Both the position numbers and the translations under genes were made by a program. A stretch of DNA of 32,182 bases, taken from the IMG/VR virus record IMGVR_UViG_3300006217_002764; one strand, given 5' to 3'. This document shows, piece after piece, positions 24,228 through 32,182 of the stretch (position 1 is its first letter; each line of letters starts with the position of its first letter). The stretch is from a virus. Taxonomy: Duplodnaviria > Heunggongvirae > Uroviricota > Caudoviricetes. A model generated the notes under the pieces. The model was not told the origin of the DNA. It did no database searches and was given only the letters and a program-made list of their open reading frames with translations.

Positions 24228-24491
24228 ATGAGAAAGATACCAGTAACACCCAAAGAGAGGAGCGTCAACCAATTCATCCTCGCTCAAATGGGAATGAGAA
24301 AACAGACCATCCACTCCATCGCAAAACAAATCGACCGAAGCGACAAGTACATCCGCGATCGTCGCGACGGCATACAAGCATGGGCAATCTCCGACATCGA
24401 AGCCTTTTCGCAACTATGGGGAATCCCGTTTACGGAATTCTTCACTGAATCCATTGAGATTCAACCTATATCCCCGGATGGTGACGACTAA
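24228..24491 (+). CDS. XRE-type HTH repressor, leaderless, 87 aa
   Basis: TGC-TATACT at 24212-24220 with ATG 8 nt later; IHSIAKQIDRSDKYIRDRRDGIQAWAISDIEAF. Confidence 0.8.
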   Translation: MRKIPVTPKERSVNQFILAQMGMRKQTIHSIAKQIDRSDKYIRDRRDGIQAWAISDIEAFSQLWGIPFTEFFTESIEIQPISPDGDD

Positions 24492-24492
24492 A

Positions 24493-24980
24493 TCAGCATA
24501 AGTAGAAAGATTCCAATTCCCGGTCTCGTTGAGCCATATGTTTCTGCGCGATCATGACCGCTCGCGCCGTGATGTCCATGTCCGTATCGTCTTCATGGAT
24601 ACGGATTGCCCCACCCTCGTTGAAGTAGGCGTCAAGAGCTTCCGCTGCTTCTGCCTGATACAGTTCAACCTTCTGTCGGACAAGTGGGTTGGAGATGTGT
24701 GATGGGTTGAGCGTTGCAAGCCACATGGTGAGCGCCTTACGGTCGATGACGGTCATACGATATGTTTTTCCGTCTGTTCCAGTTGTGGGGATAATCACCA
24801 CAACTGCCCACTTATGAACTTTGAGCTTTTTAAGCTGGGAGCTGTAGTCGATGCCAAGGTTTTCACAGATTGCTTTTAGTGCAGCATATATGCTGTCGTC
24901 TTCCTGTTGTTGAGCGAGGATGGTTTGTGACTGTGGAACAGTACTTTTACAAGGCCGCGAGTACGGTTGTTGTTTGGCAT
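24493..24980 (-). pseudogene. P22-AR-N antirepressor, frameshifted near 24927 and C-terminally truncated
   Basis: AGAAAGG RBS plus MPNNNRTRGLVKVLFHS in one frame, QTILAQQQEDDSIYAALKAICENLGID...KVELYQAEAAEALDAYF in another; removing a CA duplication joins them. Confidence 0.8.
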
Positions 24981-25037
24981 TGGGAACCTTTCTATGTGCC
25001 ATGTGCCGCAGGGTATCGTTACTACCCTGCGGCGTTT

Positions 25038-25111
25038 TCCCTTTTTCGGGAGCGAATATATATTCCCACTATCGGGAAAAGCTGTCAAGTCGGCATGTCC
25101 CGAAAACGGGA
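25038..25111. promoter_or_regulatory. Three TCCC-N5-CGGGA operators between divergent promoters
   Basis: 25038-25051, 25064-25077, 25098-25111; TTGACA on minus at 25083-25088; TAGAAT on plus at 25115-25120. Confidence 0.7.
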
Positions 25112-25127
25112 GTGTAGAATACTGAGT

Positions 25128-25343
25128 ATGTCCACAAAAGCACAAACCGCAATCAAGAACATCGAAAGGCTCTACCCCGAGAAAAACCTAACCCCCAAAG
25201 AGCTTTACGACCAAGCAGGAATCAGCAAGTCCGCCTTCTATCGAAAGATGGCAGGCGAAGTGGATTTCACACTAGGAGAGCTAGAGCGAATATCAAGCGT
25301 CCTGGATTGCAGCATAGAAGACCTTCTCAAAGAAACCGAATAG
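25128..25343 (+). CDS. XRE/Cro-CI HTH repressor, leaderless, 71 aa
   Basis: LTPKELYDQAGISKSAFYRKMAGEVDFTLGELERISSVL; ATG 8 nt after TAGAAT. Confidence 0.85.
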   Translation: MSTKAQTAIKNIERLYPEKNLTPKELYDQAGISKSAFYRKMAGEVDFTLGELERISSVLDCSIEDLLKETE

Positions 25344-25355
25344 CTACGTGGCATG

Positions 25356-25382
25356 TCAAAACTGGCGTCTTGCCAGTTTTGA
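25356..25382. terminator. Bidirectional terminator-like inverted repeat
   Basis: TCAAAACTGGC gtctt GCCAGTTTTGA. Confidence 0.7.
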
Positions 25383-25535
25383 CGGTCTTCGACATCACCA
25401 TGGCCACTTGATCAAGTGGCACAAGCCTGATTCGCTGTCCAGCAAAGGCGCACGACCTCCGCGCCCGCCCCCCAGTATGGGAGAGTTTGGCGGAATCCAA
25501 GGATTTTCGAGGGGAATCGCAACTCGTCAAAGCTC

Positions 25536-25850
25536 TCATGTTGCTGTGTTCACCAACCGTGTGATGAATATGACGAACGCGTCCAACAGTTTCGGTATGC
25601 AATTGCCGAGTTGGATAAGCCACTCCCTGACGGGGATGCCCATCGCACCCAAGACACCTGACATGATCCACACGAACAACAGGACCATGGTCACCGTCAA
25701 ACAGGTTTTCAAGATACGTCCCGTCCTACCCAACAGGCGCAGGATGCCGGATACGGCACCCATGACGATCATAAGCAGGGTCAAGGTGGCACCAACGGGG
25801 GTGAACACCCATGAGAAGAACAGTTCGAGGGCTGTGTTCGCGGTGTGCAT
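25536..25850 (-). CDS. Small membrane protein of the tra operon, 104 aa
   Basis: AAGGA RBS; 2-3 TM segments. Confidence 0.75.
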   Translation of the reverse strand: MHTANTALELFFSWVFTPVGATLTLLMIVMGAVSGILRLLGRTGRILKTCLTVTMVLLFVWIMSGVLGAMGIPVREWLIQLGNCIPKLLDAFVIFITRLVNTAT

Positions 25851-25858
25851 GATGATCC

Positions 25859-28800
25859 TTACTCATTGTTGGGAAGGGCGGGTTCGTCACGGAACGTGGG
25901 GCGTTGAATCACTTGCGGTTGCGCACGTTTGGGTGCCGACGTTTCCTGTCGGGGGCGTTTCACTGCCACATCCCTGCCGGTAGCGGTGGAAGTTGGCGCC
26001 ACGGGCTCCGGAGCGGGGCCTTGGGGTGACATGGGTGTGTCTTCAACATGTGTCGCGTTGACGTCAACCACCCGTGGCGGCTGTGCATCTTCACCGGAAC
26101 CTTGGGATGCCATGCTGGACCCAGTTGGCTTGTCCACGTATCGCATGCCATTGGTGTCGGTGACCAGTCGTTCAGCCATGGCATCGGCGTCCTCATGGAA
26201 TTCGCGACGCAGATGGTTCACCGAATTGCCAAGAGATTGACCGAACTGGGTCGAGCCGCTGCGGGCACGCTGCACAAGACTGCGCGCCCCCTTGTATCCG
26301 GCGTATGCGCCCATGGCCATCGGGATCGCATACGGGACACCCGCGATCGTTGCCGCGCCGACGGCCGCCGCCTTCACAGCGCTCTTCGCGGCCTTACGCC
26401 GGTAGTCCTTGTCCGTGATGACCGCCTTGCTCATGTTGACGACTTGGGCGCCACGCATGAACGTGGCGGCACCGGCCTTCTGGAAGGCACGCTTGATGTC
26501 ATGGGCCTTAAGTGCTTCCACCGCCTGCCTCTGGGCGATGTTGGCGTGTGTCGCGCGAGCGGCCGCCATACGCCCCTCCATGGTCTTGTCGCTGGGCATC
26601 ATGGCATGCAGCTTCTCCCCCATGAGTTTGCGGCCCCTCTCCATGAGCGGGGGCTTCTTCACTTTGGGTCTGGTGCGGTGATCGGCGTACATTTGGCCGA
26701 AGGTCCTGCCATCACCGAACACACGCATGCCATGCGCATCCCTCTCCACAGGTTTCGCATCCTGCTCTTTTGCGGCCTTGTCCATGATCGCTTCGGACGA
26801 TGCGGCATCCGGGTTCGCGACGCCTTTGGTTGCGGCGACCGATTTGCCGCCACCCTGATGCTTCGCTGTGTAACGCTGCTTGCTGGCACGTTTCATACGA
26901 CGCCGCACCGACGCCTTCGCATGGTTCATCGCGTTGATTGCACCAGCGGCCAACACGCCTCCACCGGCCAACCCCATCATCGTCTTGGGGTTGAACGGGT
27001 TCGACGTGTGCAACACGAGGGTGAAGAACATGGCGATGCACGCCAATGCGGTCGCTGGACTCAACCCGATGACAACATTGCTGATGAAACTGTTCGGCAT
27101 GCTGGACACCATGCTCATCTGCATACGGCATATGAACACGACGAACTGCATGAACAACGAGTACAGCAAGCCGACGAGGCAGATGTTCAGCATCGTCTTC
27201 GACCAGTTCTTCAATGCGCGTGCCGGGGCGGCACCGACCGGGACCATCTGCACGCATACCGCCGCTATGAGGAATACGCACATGGCGACCAGCATGGCTT
27301 TGGATATGATGAGCACGATCGCGGCGAACCCGTATACGAGCATGCTGACGAATGCGCCGATGAGGCTGCCGAACGCTCCCAACGTGTTCACTTCCTTGTT
27401 GCCGTAGAAGTAGTCCAATGTGGTGCGCACCGAATACGCGTGGGTGCCGACCTGCGCACTGCCCTCAAGGTTTGCCTCGTTCCATGTGGCGCCCACGTTG
27501 GGAACGTCGAACAGGTATCCGAGGGCGGCCGCCTGTTTGTCCTTGCTCTCCGCGTCGCCGTCTTGAAACAGTTGGTTGCCCAACACCACTGTGCAGATCG
27601 CGTCGATGGACGCTTTCGCACTGTCCTCGCTCTGATTCTCTGGGATCTGGTCAAAGATGTCTTTCAACGGCGCCGACTCTTTGTTGTCGAACACGTCGTT
27701 GACTTCCTTGCCATTCTTGGCTGCGCGCACGACCTTATCGACATTCTTGATCTCATCGGTCCCCTTATCATTGAGGTTGTTGACCAGCATGCGCCATCCC
27801 GGGCGTGACGCCACCGTCCCATCCTTGTTCGGTGACGTGCATGTCTCCCAGAACACGGCCGCACGGGTGGCGCGCACACTGTCCACGCCTTCGATTTTGG
27901 ACTTACCCTCCTTGGTTACATCCGGTTCCTGCGGAGACAACCATCCATGCGTGGAGAACAGATAATTGGCGGTGTTCTGGTTGATGCCACCACCATTCGC
28001 ATCCAACCCCATCGCTTTATTCGTCAAATACCGTTGGATGTTCGTACTGGTGTTCGTGTTCATCTCCAACACATGGCAGTACGCCATACGCGCGTTCGCG
28101 GCGACCTTCTCATCAGTCGTGTCTGACGCGGCCGGTCCGTCCCATTGCATCGTCACCCACGACCGCAACGCGGTCTCCTCCCACATGGTGCTGATCGCCT
28201 CAACCGCAGCGGACCGATCCCCTTGCGCTTCCGTACGGTAATGCTCATGCATCGCATCCAAATAGTCAGGGCACCCCGGATGCGTCGCGTTCTTATGCGC
28301 CATGCCCATCCCGGTCGAATTGTCGCCGAACATGTTGATCCCATTGGCAAGCTGGTTCACCGTGTCATTGACGGATTGCACCACCCACCACGGGGAATAC
28401 TTGTTTGGAGATGTCGCCCCCTCCTGTGTTCCCGATGCGGCAGCACCCATGACAATCAGCGCCGCGAAACATACAATGCTCGCAAACAAGCGTTTGGCGA
28501 CCATTCGGGCCCTTCCCACACTGAACAGCATGGACCCGAACAAGGCGAATATGCCGACGGTGACAAGCACTGCGGGGATGTTCCCGGAAATGAACCCATT
28601 GGCGAGATTGCCGGACGCGATGTCGATCTGCGCACCGAATTTCTGCAACGGGTTGAACGTCGAAGCGAACTGGTTGAGGGACAAGCCCACATTCCAGCAC
28701 ATCTGACTGAACGCGAGCAGGATGTTCGGCATGACCAACCGCATTGTGCGCCCCATGAAGGACACCATGTTCGACAATCCACCCACCAGCCCGTCCGCGG

Positions 28801-29098
28801 GTTCACTGCGACTGGAGATCGAACCGATGGAACCAGCCCACCTTCCCGCCGGCAGACAGGCGGAATAGTCATACACCGTGTCCGTGCCCTCGCCCTTGGA
28901 AGTGCCGCACGTCACATACGATCCACCACCACCGTCAACGGTTTGTTGGGCGAACGCCTGTGCCGGCAGGCACAACAAGGTGACCACGGCGAGCAAGAGG
29001 GCCATGACACCAAGGGTCGCACCACAACCAACGGCAAACATCCCGGTTTTGTCAGGGTCTTTGGGCTGCGGTGTGAACCATGCACGCAAGTGTCTCAA
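25859..29098 (-). CDS. Large polytopic conjugation protein, VirB6/TrbL-like, 1079 aa
   Basis: Signal/TM, large extracellular domain, cluster of ~5 TM around aa 575-710, basic/low-complexity tail; operon context. Confidence 0.7.
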   Translation of the reverse strand: MRHLRAWFTPQPKDPDKTGMFAVGCGATLGVMALLLAVVTLLCLPAQAFAQQTVDGGGGSYVTCGTSKGEGTDTVYDYSACLPAGRWAGSIGSISSRSEPADGLVGGLSNMVSFMGRTMRLVMPNILLAFSQMCWNVGLSLNQFASTFNPLQKFGAQIDIASGNLANGFISGNIPAVLVTVGIFALFGSMLFSVGRARMVAKRLFASIVCFAALIVMGAAASGTQEGATSPNKYSPWWVVQSVNDTVNQLANGINMFGDNSTGMGMAHKNATHPGCPDYLDAMHEHYRTEAQGDRSAAVEAISTMWEETALRSWVTMQWDGPAASDTTDEKVAANARMAYCHVLEMNTNTSTNIQRYLTNKAMGLDANGGGINQNTANYLFSTHGWLSPQEPDVTKEGKSKIEGVDSVRATRAAVFWETCTSPNKDGTVASRPGWRMLVNNLNDKGTDEIKNVDKVVRAAKNGKEVNDVFDNKESAPLKDIFDQIPENQSEDSAKASIDAICTVVLGNQLFQDGDAESKDKQAAALGYLFDVPNVGATWNEANLEGSAQVGTHAYSVRTTLDYFYGNKEVNTLGAFGSLIGAFVSMLVYGFAAIVLIISKAMLVAMCVFLIAAVCVQMVPVGAAPARALKNWSKTMLNICLVGLLYSLFMQFVVFICRMQMSMVSSMPNSFISNVVIGLSPATALACIAMFFTLVLHTSNPFNPKTMMGLAGGGVLAAGAINAMNHAKASVRRRMKRASKQRYTAKHQGGGKSVAATKGVANPDAASSEAIMDKAAKEQDAKPVERDAHGMRVFGDGRTFGQMYADHRTRPKVKKPPLMERGRKLMGEKLHAMMPSDKTMEGRMAAARATHANIAQRQAVEALKAHDIKRAFQKAGAATFMRGAQVVNMSKAVITDKDYRRKAAKSAVKAAAVGAATIAGVPYAIPMAMGAYAGYKGARSLVQRARSGSTQFGQSLGNSVNHLRREFHEDADAMAERLVTDTNGMRYVDKPTGSSMASQGSGEDAQPPRVVDVNATHVEDTPMSPQGPAPEPVAPTSTATGRDVAVKRPRQETSAPKRAQPQVIQRPTFRDEPALPNNE

Positions 29099-29502
29099 CG
29101 GATGATCATCTCCTGTAGGTCGATGAGGTTCTCAGGATGGCTGCTGTTGACGTAGAACACCTGCCCCTCAATGTTCCTGCTTTGCAACTGGTGCATGGCA
29201 CGCCGCCATTTACGTTCCTCGGTGGCGTCACGTACGGTTCCGACACCAAGGTAGACGACGGCGGCCATGATTATGCAGAACACCGCCGCGGCAACAGTGA
29301 CTCCAGCCAGAGGATACAGCATGAACCCCAAGACACCACCGATGCCCGCGCCGACCACCATGACAACAATGGTCTTCCACCGTATCTCCGTGCTTCTGGT
29401 GACCATGGTGGTGTTGACCTTCTCAATCTCCCGCCCGCTGCTGATGGATGTGATGTCATCCATCGTATCCTGCGGATGTCGTTGGATGGGCCCGTCTTCC
29501 AT
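29095..29502 (-). CDS. Two-TM conjugation protein, PrgI/VirB3-like, 135 aa
   Basis: GAGGAG RBS; helical hairpin followed by a basic helix; position in the operon. Confidence 0.55.
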   Translation of the reverse strand: MEDGPIQRHPQDTMDDITSISSGREIEKVNTTMVTRSTEIRWKTIVVMVVGAGIGGVLGFMLYPLAGVTVAAAVFCIIMAAVVYLGVGTVRDATEERKWRRAMHQLQSRNIEGQVFYVNSSHPENLIDLQEMIIR

Positions 29503-29533
29503 GCGCTCCTCTTCCCTGGTTACCTCAAGAAGG

Positions 29534-29875
29534 TTATAGCTTGTTTTCCGCGATCCCGGTCAAAAAGTCCACACCCTTATCGATCGGTGCAAGGATCATG
29601 CCTCCAGTGGCTGGCGCCGAAGCAATAAGAACCGCGACGGTCCAAGCGATAGCTACCAAAAGGCCGGGGCAGAATGTGCGCGAGAACCAATTGCTTCGCC
29701 CGAGCAGTCTCGTGACAATCCCAATCAAGAAGAAGATGGTCACCACCCCCGAGGCAAGTCCCAGAACGTTTTTTGCGAACGCCCCGAAACCGGTACCCAG
29801 AAAATAGTTGGTCCATTCGGTGAAGTTGCCCTTGAGGTTGGAGGGGGCGGCCGCCAATGTGATTGTGTGTCTCAT
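29534..29875 (-). CDS. Small two-TM protein, pilin/VirB2-like, 113 aa
   Basis: First gene after the promoter motif; AAAGGGA RBS; two hydrophobic helices. Confidence 0.5.
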   Translation of the reverse strand: MRHTITLAAAPSNLKGNFTEWTNYFLGTGFGAFAKNVLGLASGVVTIFFLIGIVTRLLGRSNWFSRTFCPGLLVAIAWTVAVLIASAPATGGMILAPIDKGVDFLTGIAENKL

Positions 29876-29899
29876 GATGGTTCCCTTTGCGGTTCATGG

Positions 29900-29923
29900 T
29901 TTGTGGATATGGTCAGATTATCA
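29900..29923 (-). promoter_or_regulatory. Shared promoter motif for the tra operon
   Basis: TGA TAATCT GA CCA TATCCACAAA. Confidence 0.7.
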
Positions 29924-29980
29924 CATATGAACCGTGGCGGTTGGACGTATTCGCTTGATTTATATGGCGCGGTTGGAAAT

Positions 29981-29994
29981 CCCCCCCCCCCCCC
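29981..29994. repeat. C14 homopolymer
   Basis: 14 consecutive C. Confidence 0.9.
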
Positions 29995-30166
29995 GCATCC
30001 AGGGCCCCGTATTGTATGAGGCGGGTGCCATACTGGCTGTGTCCGCATATGTGGTGGATTGTTCCAACTTCATCACCGCCGCACACCGATACCGTGGTAG
30101 TGGTGCCGGGTCCTCCATGTCACTGTGAACAGATTTGCCTAGCCCCTAGGTGAAAACGTCACAGAA

Positions 30167-30199
30167 GGGAGGCAACGCTCCCCACGAGCCGTTGCCCCC
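30167..30199 (-). terminator. Hairpin downstream of the coupling-protein gene
   Basis: GGCAAC-GCTC/GAGC-C-GTTGCC with GGG/CCC extension. Confidence 0.55.
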
Positions 30200-30219
30200 A
30201 GCCCCTCCAAGAACATAGG

Positions 30220-32182
30220 TCAGCGAAGACCCTCATCAAAATCCGGCACTTTCACCAGACATGCAGGCTGCAACTGCACATCGTCACGGGTACGCAACGC
30301 GACATGGAAACGGGGCAATGTCTGCACCGCACTGGCGGTCCACCCATCCTCCCCCATGTCCGACGTCAACTGGGCTGCCGTACGCTCCGCCATCGATGCG
30401 TCAGGCGTGTTGAATGTGATGAACGTGGAATAGCCGAACACACTCGTCAGCAAACGGGGTGCAAGCTGTTCCGGATACTGGGTCGCGACAACGGGTATCC
30501 ACCCAAACGACCTTCCCTGATCCTTCATCGCGGACAATATCGTGTCGTCGGCGGTCGCCAGCATCGACACCTCATCGCATACGAACATGGTGTGCTTGCC
30601 CAACGCCTGCCATCCTTGGCATGTGGACATGACAGTATGCCACAGGCGGTACATGAGCCATTTGCCGATGATGTCGGTCATCCCGTCAGGCAGACTCCAC
30701 GCACGCCCCTGCGCATCATGGACCGGGCACAATGCGATATGCCAATCTGAGGGGCGGGCAAGCACCGACTCCCAGGTTTCGACGGCACGGCTGGTGCGGA
30801 ACACATGCTCGCAGTTCATGAACTTCATGATCTTGTTGCGTGACGCCATCACCTTGGTGTCGATCCTCGTGTTGGAAGCATCCGTCACCTTGCCATCAGG
30901 GTGCCCATACAACTGTTCACAACTGGCTTGCGCATCCCGCAGATCGGAATCGTCCGGCTGCTCCTTGCTGAGGGTGAACACCATCTGCCCCAAGGCGCGT
31001 GCGGTGCCGATGGCGCCTTCCGTACCGCCCAATGCCATGTAGGACCAGCCCATGGGGGTGCGTTGCGCACGCGCCTTGCCTGCACCATTGTAGCGTTGTT
31101 CCAATTCCCTGATCCGCGACGCGAACGCTTCAGCGGCTGCACGTAGCCCACCAAGCTGTCCGGTCTGGCGTTCCACATGGCGTTGCACGGCCATGCCGAT
31201 GGTCAAGGCATGGGTGAGCACCTCGGCGGACGCACCACGAATGTCACCATCCTCGAAACTGAACTGCATGGCGGCGGTCGCGTCAGCGGCCAATTCCCTG
31301 ACAGGGCGCGCGTCATGATAGCCGAGCAGGTCGATGCAGGGGCACGCCGGGTCGGCCATGCGCATCACATGCGATTCCACCCCCGTGGGATGGTGCGCAC
31401 GCCAAGCCTGCATGAGGTCCGCCCCGTGGATGTCCTTCATTTCGAAATCAATGATACGAGTGTCTTTCCCCCACGCCTTTGCATCGGTCGTGTCCCTCGC
31501 CATATCCGCCCATTGCATGATGCCATGCGACAGAACGCTCTTGCCGGACCCCGCTTCGCCGAAGATGGCGATTCCACCGAACAGTTGGGACACTGGTATA
31601 TACGTGTCACGGCCGCTTTGATCCACACCGACAAGGATGCCGCCATGTGTCAACGGTTCAGGCGCGGGATGCAGCTCCTGACGTTTCGCTTCCCCTTGTC
31701 CGGTCGGGGTGATGATGGCGACGATGATGGGTGGGGTGAGCAGCAGGGTGGAACGTGCGGTGCAATACCCATCGACACGGGTCTGATCGCGTTCCACCCC
31801 CAGTTTGGTGCTGTTGTCGGAATCCTCAGCGGTACGGGTGCGTTTCACCCACCAGTAACGGTGCGGCGGGGTGAAGATGTCATCCCACACATCCCATCGC
31901 ATCCACCGCACCCCCGTCATGACACCGGCGCATGCCGGCACTGCCACAATCCACATGGGGATGTCCCATATGCCACTCGCCCACCACAGGGCCATCGCCG
32001 ATAGGCAAGCCGCCATGGCGGGCACGTTCAAGCTGAGTTTCGGTGTGAAATGGTTGATGACCATGAGCACAACCCAGCCGGCCAGACTGGCAAGCGCACC
32101 CCCGACCGTCGCTTTCCACGCCCACAGATCCCATGCAAGGCACGCCACCGGGTGCAATGTGATCGCGGCCGTGAGCGCGAGC
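30220..32182 (-). CDS. VirD4/TraD-like type IV coupling ATPase (5' end outside the window)
   Basis: IAIFGEAGSGKS Walker A, FVCDEV Walker B, QGRSFG...VATQYPEQL; N-terminal TM region; frame open to the window edge. Confidence 0.85.
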   Translation of the reverse strand, partial: LALTAAITLHPVACLAWDLWAWKATVGGALASLAGWVVLMVINHFTPKLSLNVPAMAACLSAMALWWASGIWDIPMWIVAVPACAGVMTGVRWMRWDVWDDIFTPPHRYWWVKRTRTAEDSDNSTKLGVERDQTRVDGYCTARSTLLLTPPIIVAIITPTGQGEAKRQELHPAPEPLTHGGILVGVDQSGRDTYIPVSQLFGGIAIFGEAGSGKSVLSHGIMQWADMARDTTDAKAWGKDTRIIDFEMKDIHGADLMQAWRAHHPTGVESHVMRMADPACPCIDLLGYHDARPVRELAADATAAMQFSFEDGDIRGASAEVLTHALTIGMAVQRHVERQTGQLGGLRAAAEAFASRIRELEQRYNGAGKARAQRTPMGWSYMALGGTEGAIGTARALGQMVFTLSKEQPDDSDLRDAQASCEQLYGHPDGKVTDASNTRIDTKVMASRNKIMKFMNCEHVFRTSRAVETWESVLARPSDWHIALCPVHDAQGRAWSLPDGMTDIIGKWLMYRLWHTVMSTCQGWQALGKHTMFVCDEVSMLATADDTILSAMKDQGRSFGWIPVVATQYPEQLAPRLLTSVFGYSTFITFNTPDASMAERTAAQLTSDMGEDGWTASAVQTLPRFHVALRTRDDVQLQPACLVKVPDFDEGLR

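Noticed and set aside
23254-25343. Prophage call
   Set aside because: Only regulatory phage-type genes are present; no integrase, terminase, capsid or tail genes, and the context is par plus T4SS
25440-25500. Possible oriT in the gap after the tra operon
   Set aside because: No recognisable nic consensus or adjacent inverted repeat, and no relaxase in the window
29934-30128. 64-aa + strand ORF containing poly-Pro
   Set aside because: Poly-Pro comes from the C14 tract; no RBS or promoter support

Overview
GC-rich (Actinomycetota-type, most like Bifidobacterium by RBS style and SSB/WhiB/ParA families; host is inferred) segment of a conjugative plasmid or plasmid-like element. From left to right: a non-coding iteron/hairpin region (1-460); a HigBA toxin-antitoxin pair; a ~9.5-kb leftward run of small phage-like genes headed by ssb (WhiB, HAD nucleotidase, several Cys/Zn proteins, OB-fold protein, CHAP amidase, lipoprotein, orphan C5 DNA methyltransferase) interrupted by a rightward GNAT gene; a pentapeptide-repeat protein; a ~500-nt ORF-free, heavily base-paired region with its own promoter that looks like a large structured ncRNA (12613-13110); HTH regulators, a DGQHR/ParB-like protein, a DUF1524/HNH secreted nuclease, a type Ib ParA + RHH partition pair, two phage-type repressor/antirepressor switches whose antirepressors are both broken, and Gram-positive T4SS genes (VirB8/TcpC-, VirB6-, PrgI/VirB3-, pilin-like, and a 5'-truncated VirD4-like coupling ATPase). 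Twelve transcription units share one promoter/+1 motif, TGN-TAnnCT-GA-N3-nrTCCACAAA. No integrase, relaxase, VirB4, Rep, phage structural gene, tRNA or CRISPR array is recognisable in the window. All family calls are from motif recognition by eye, with no database search.
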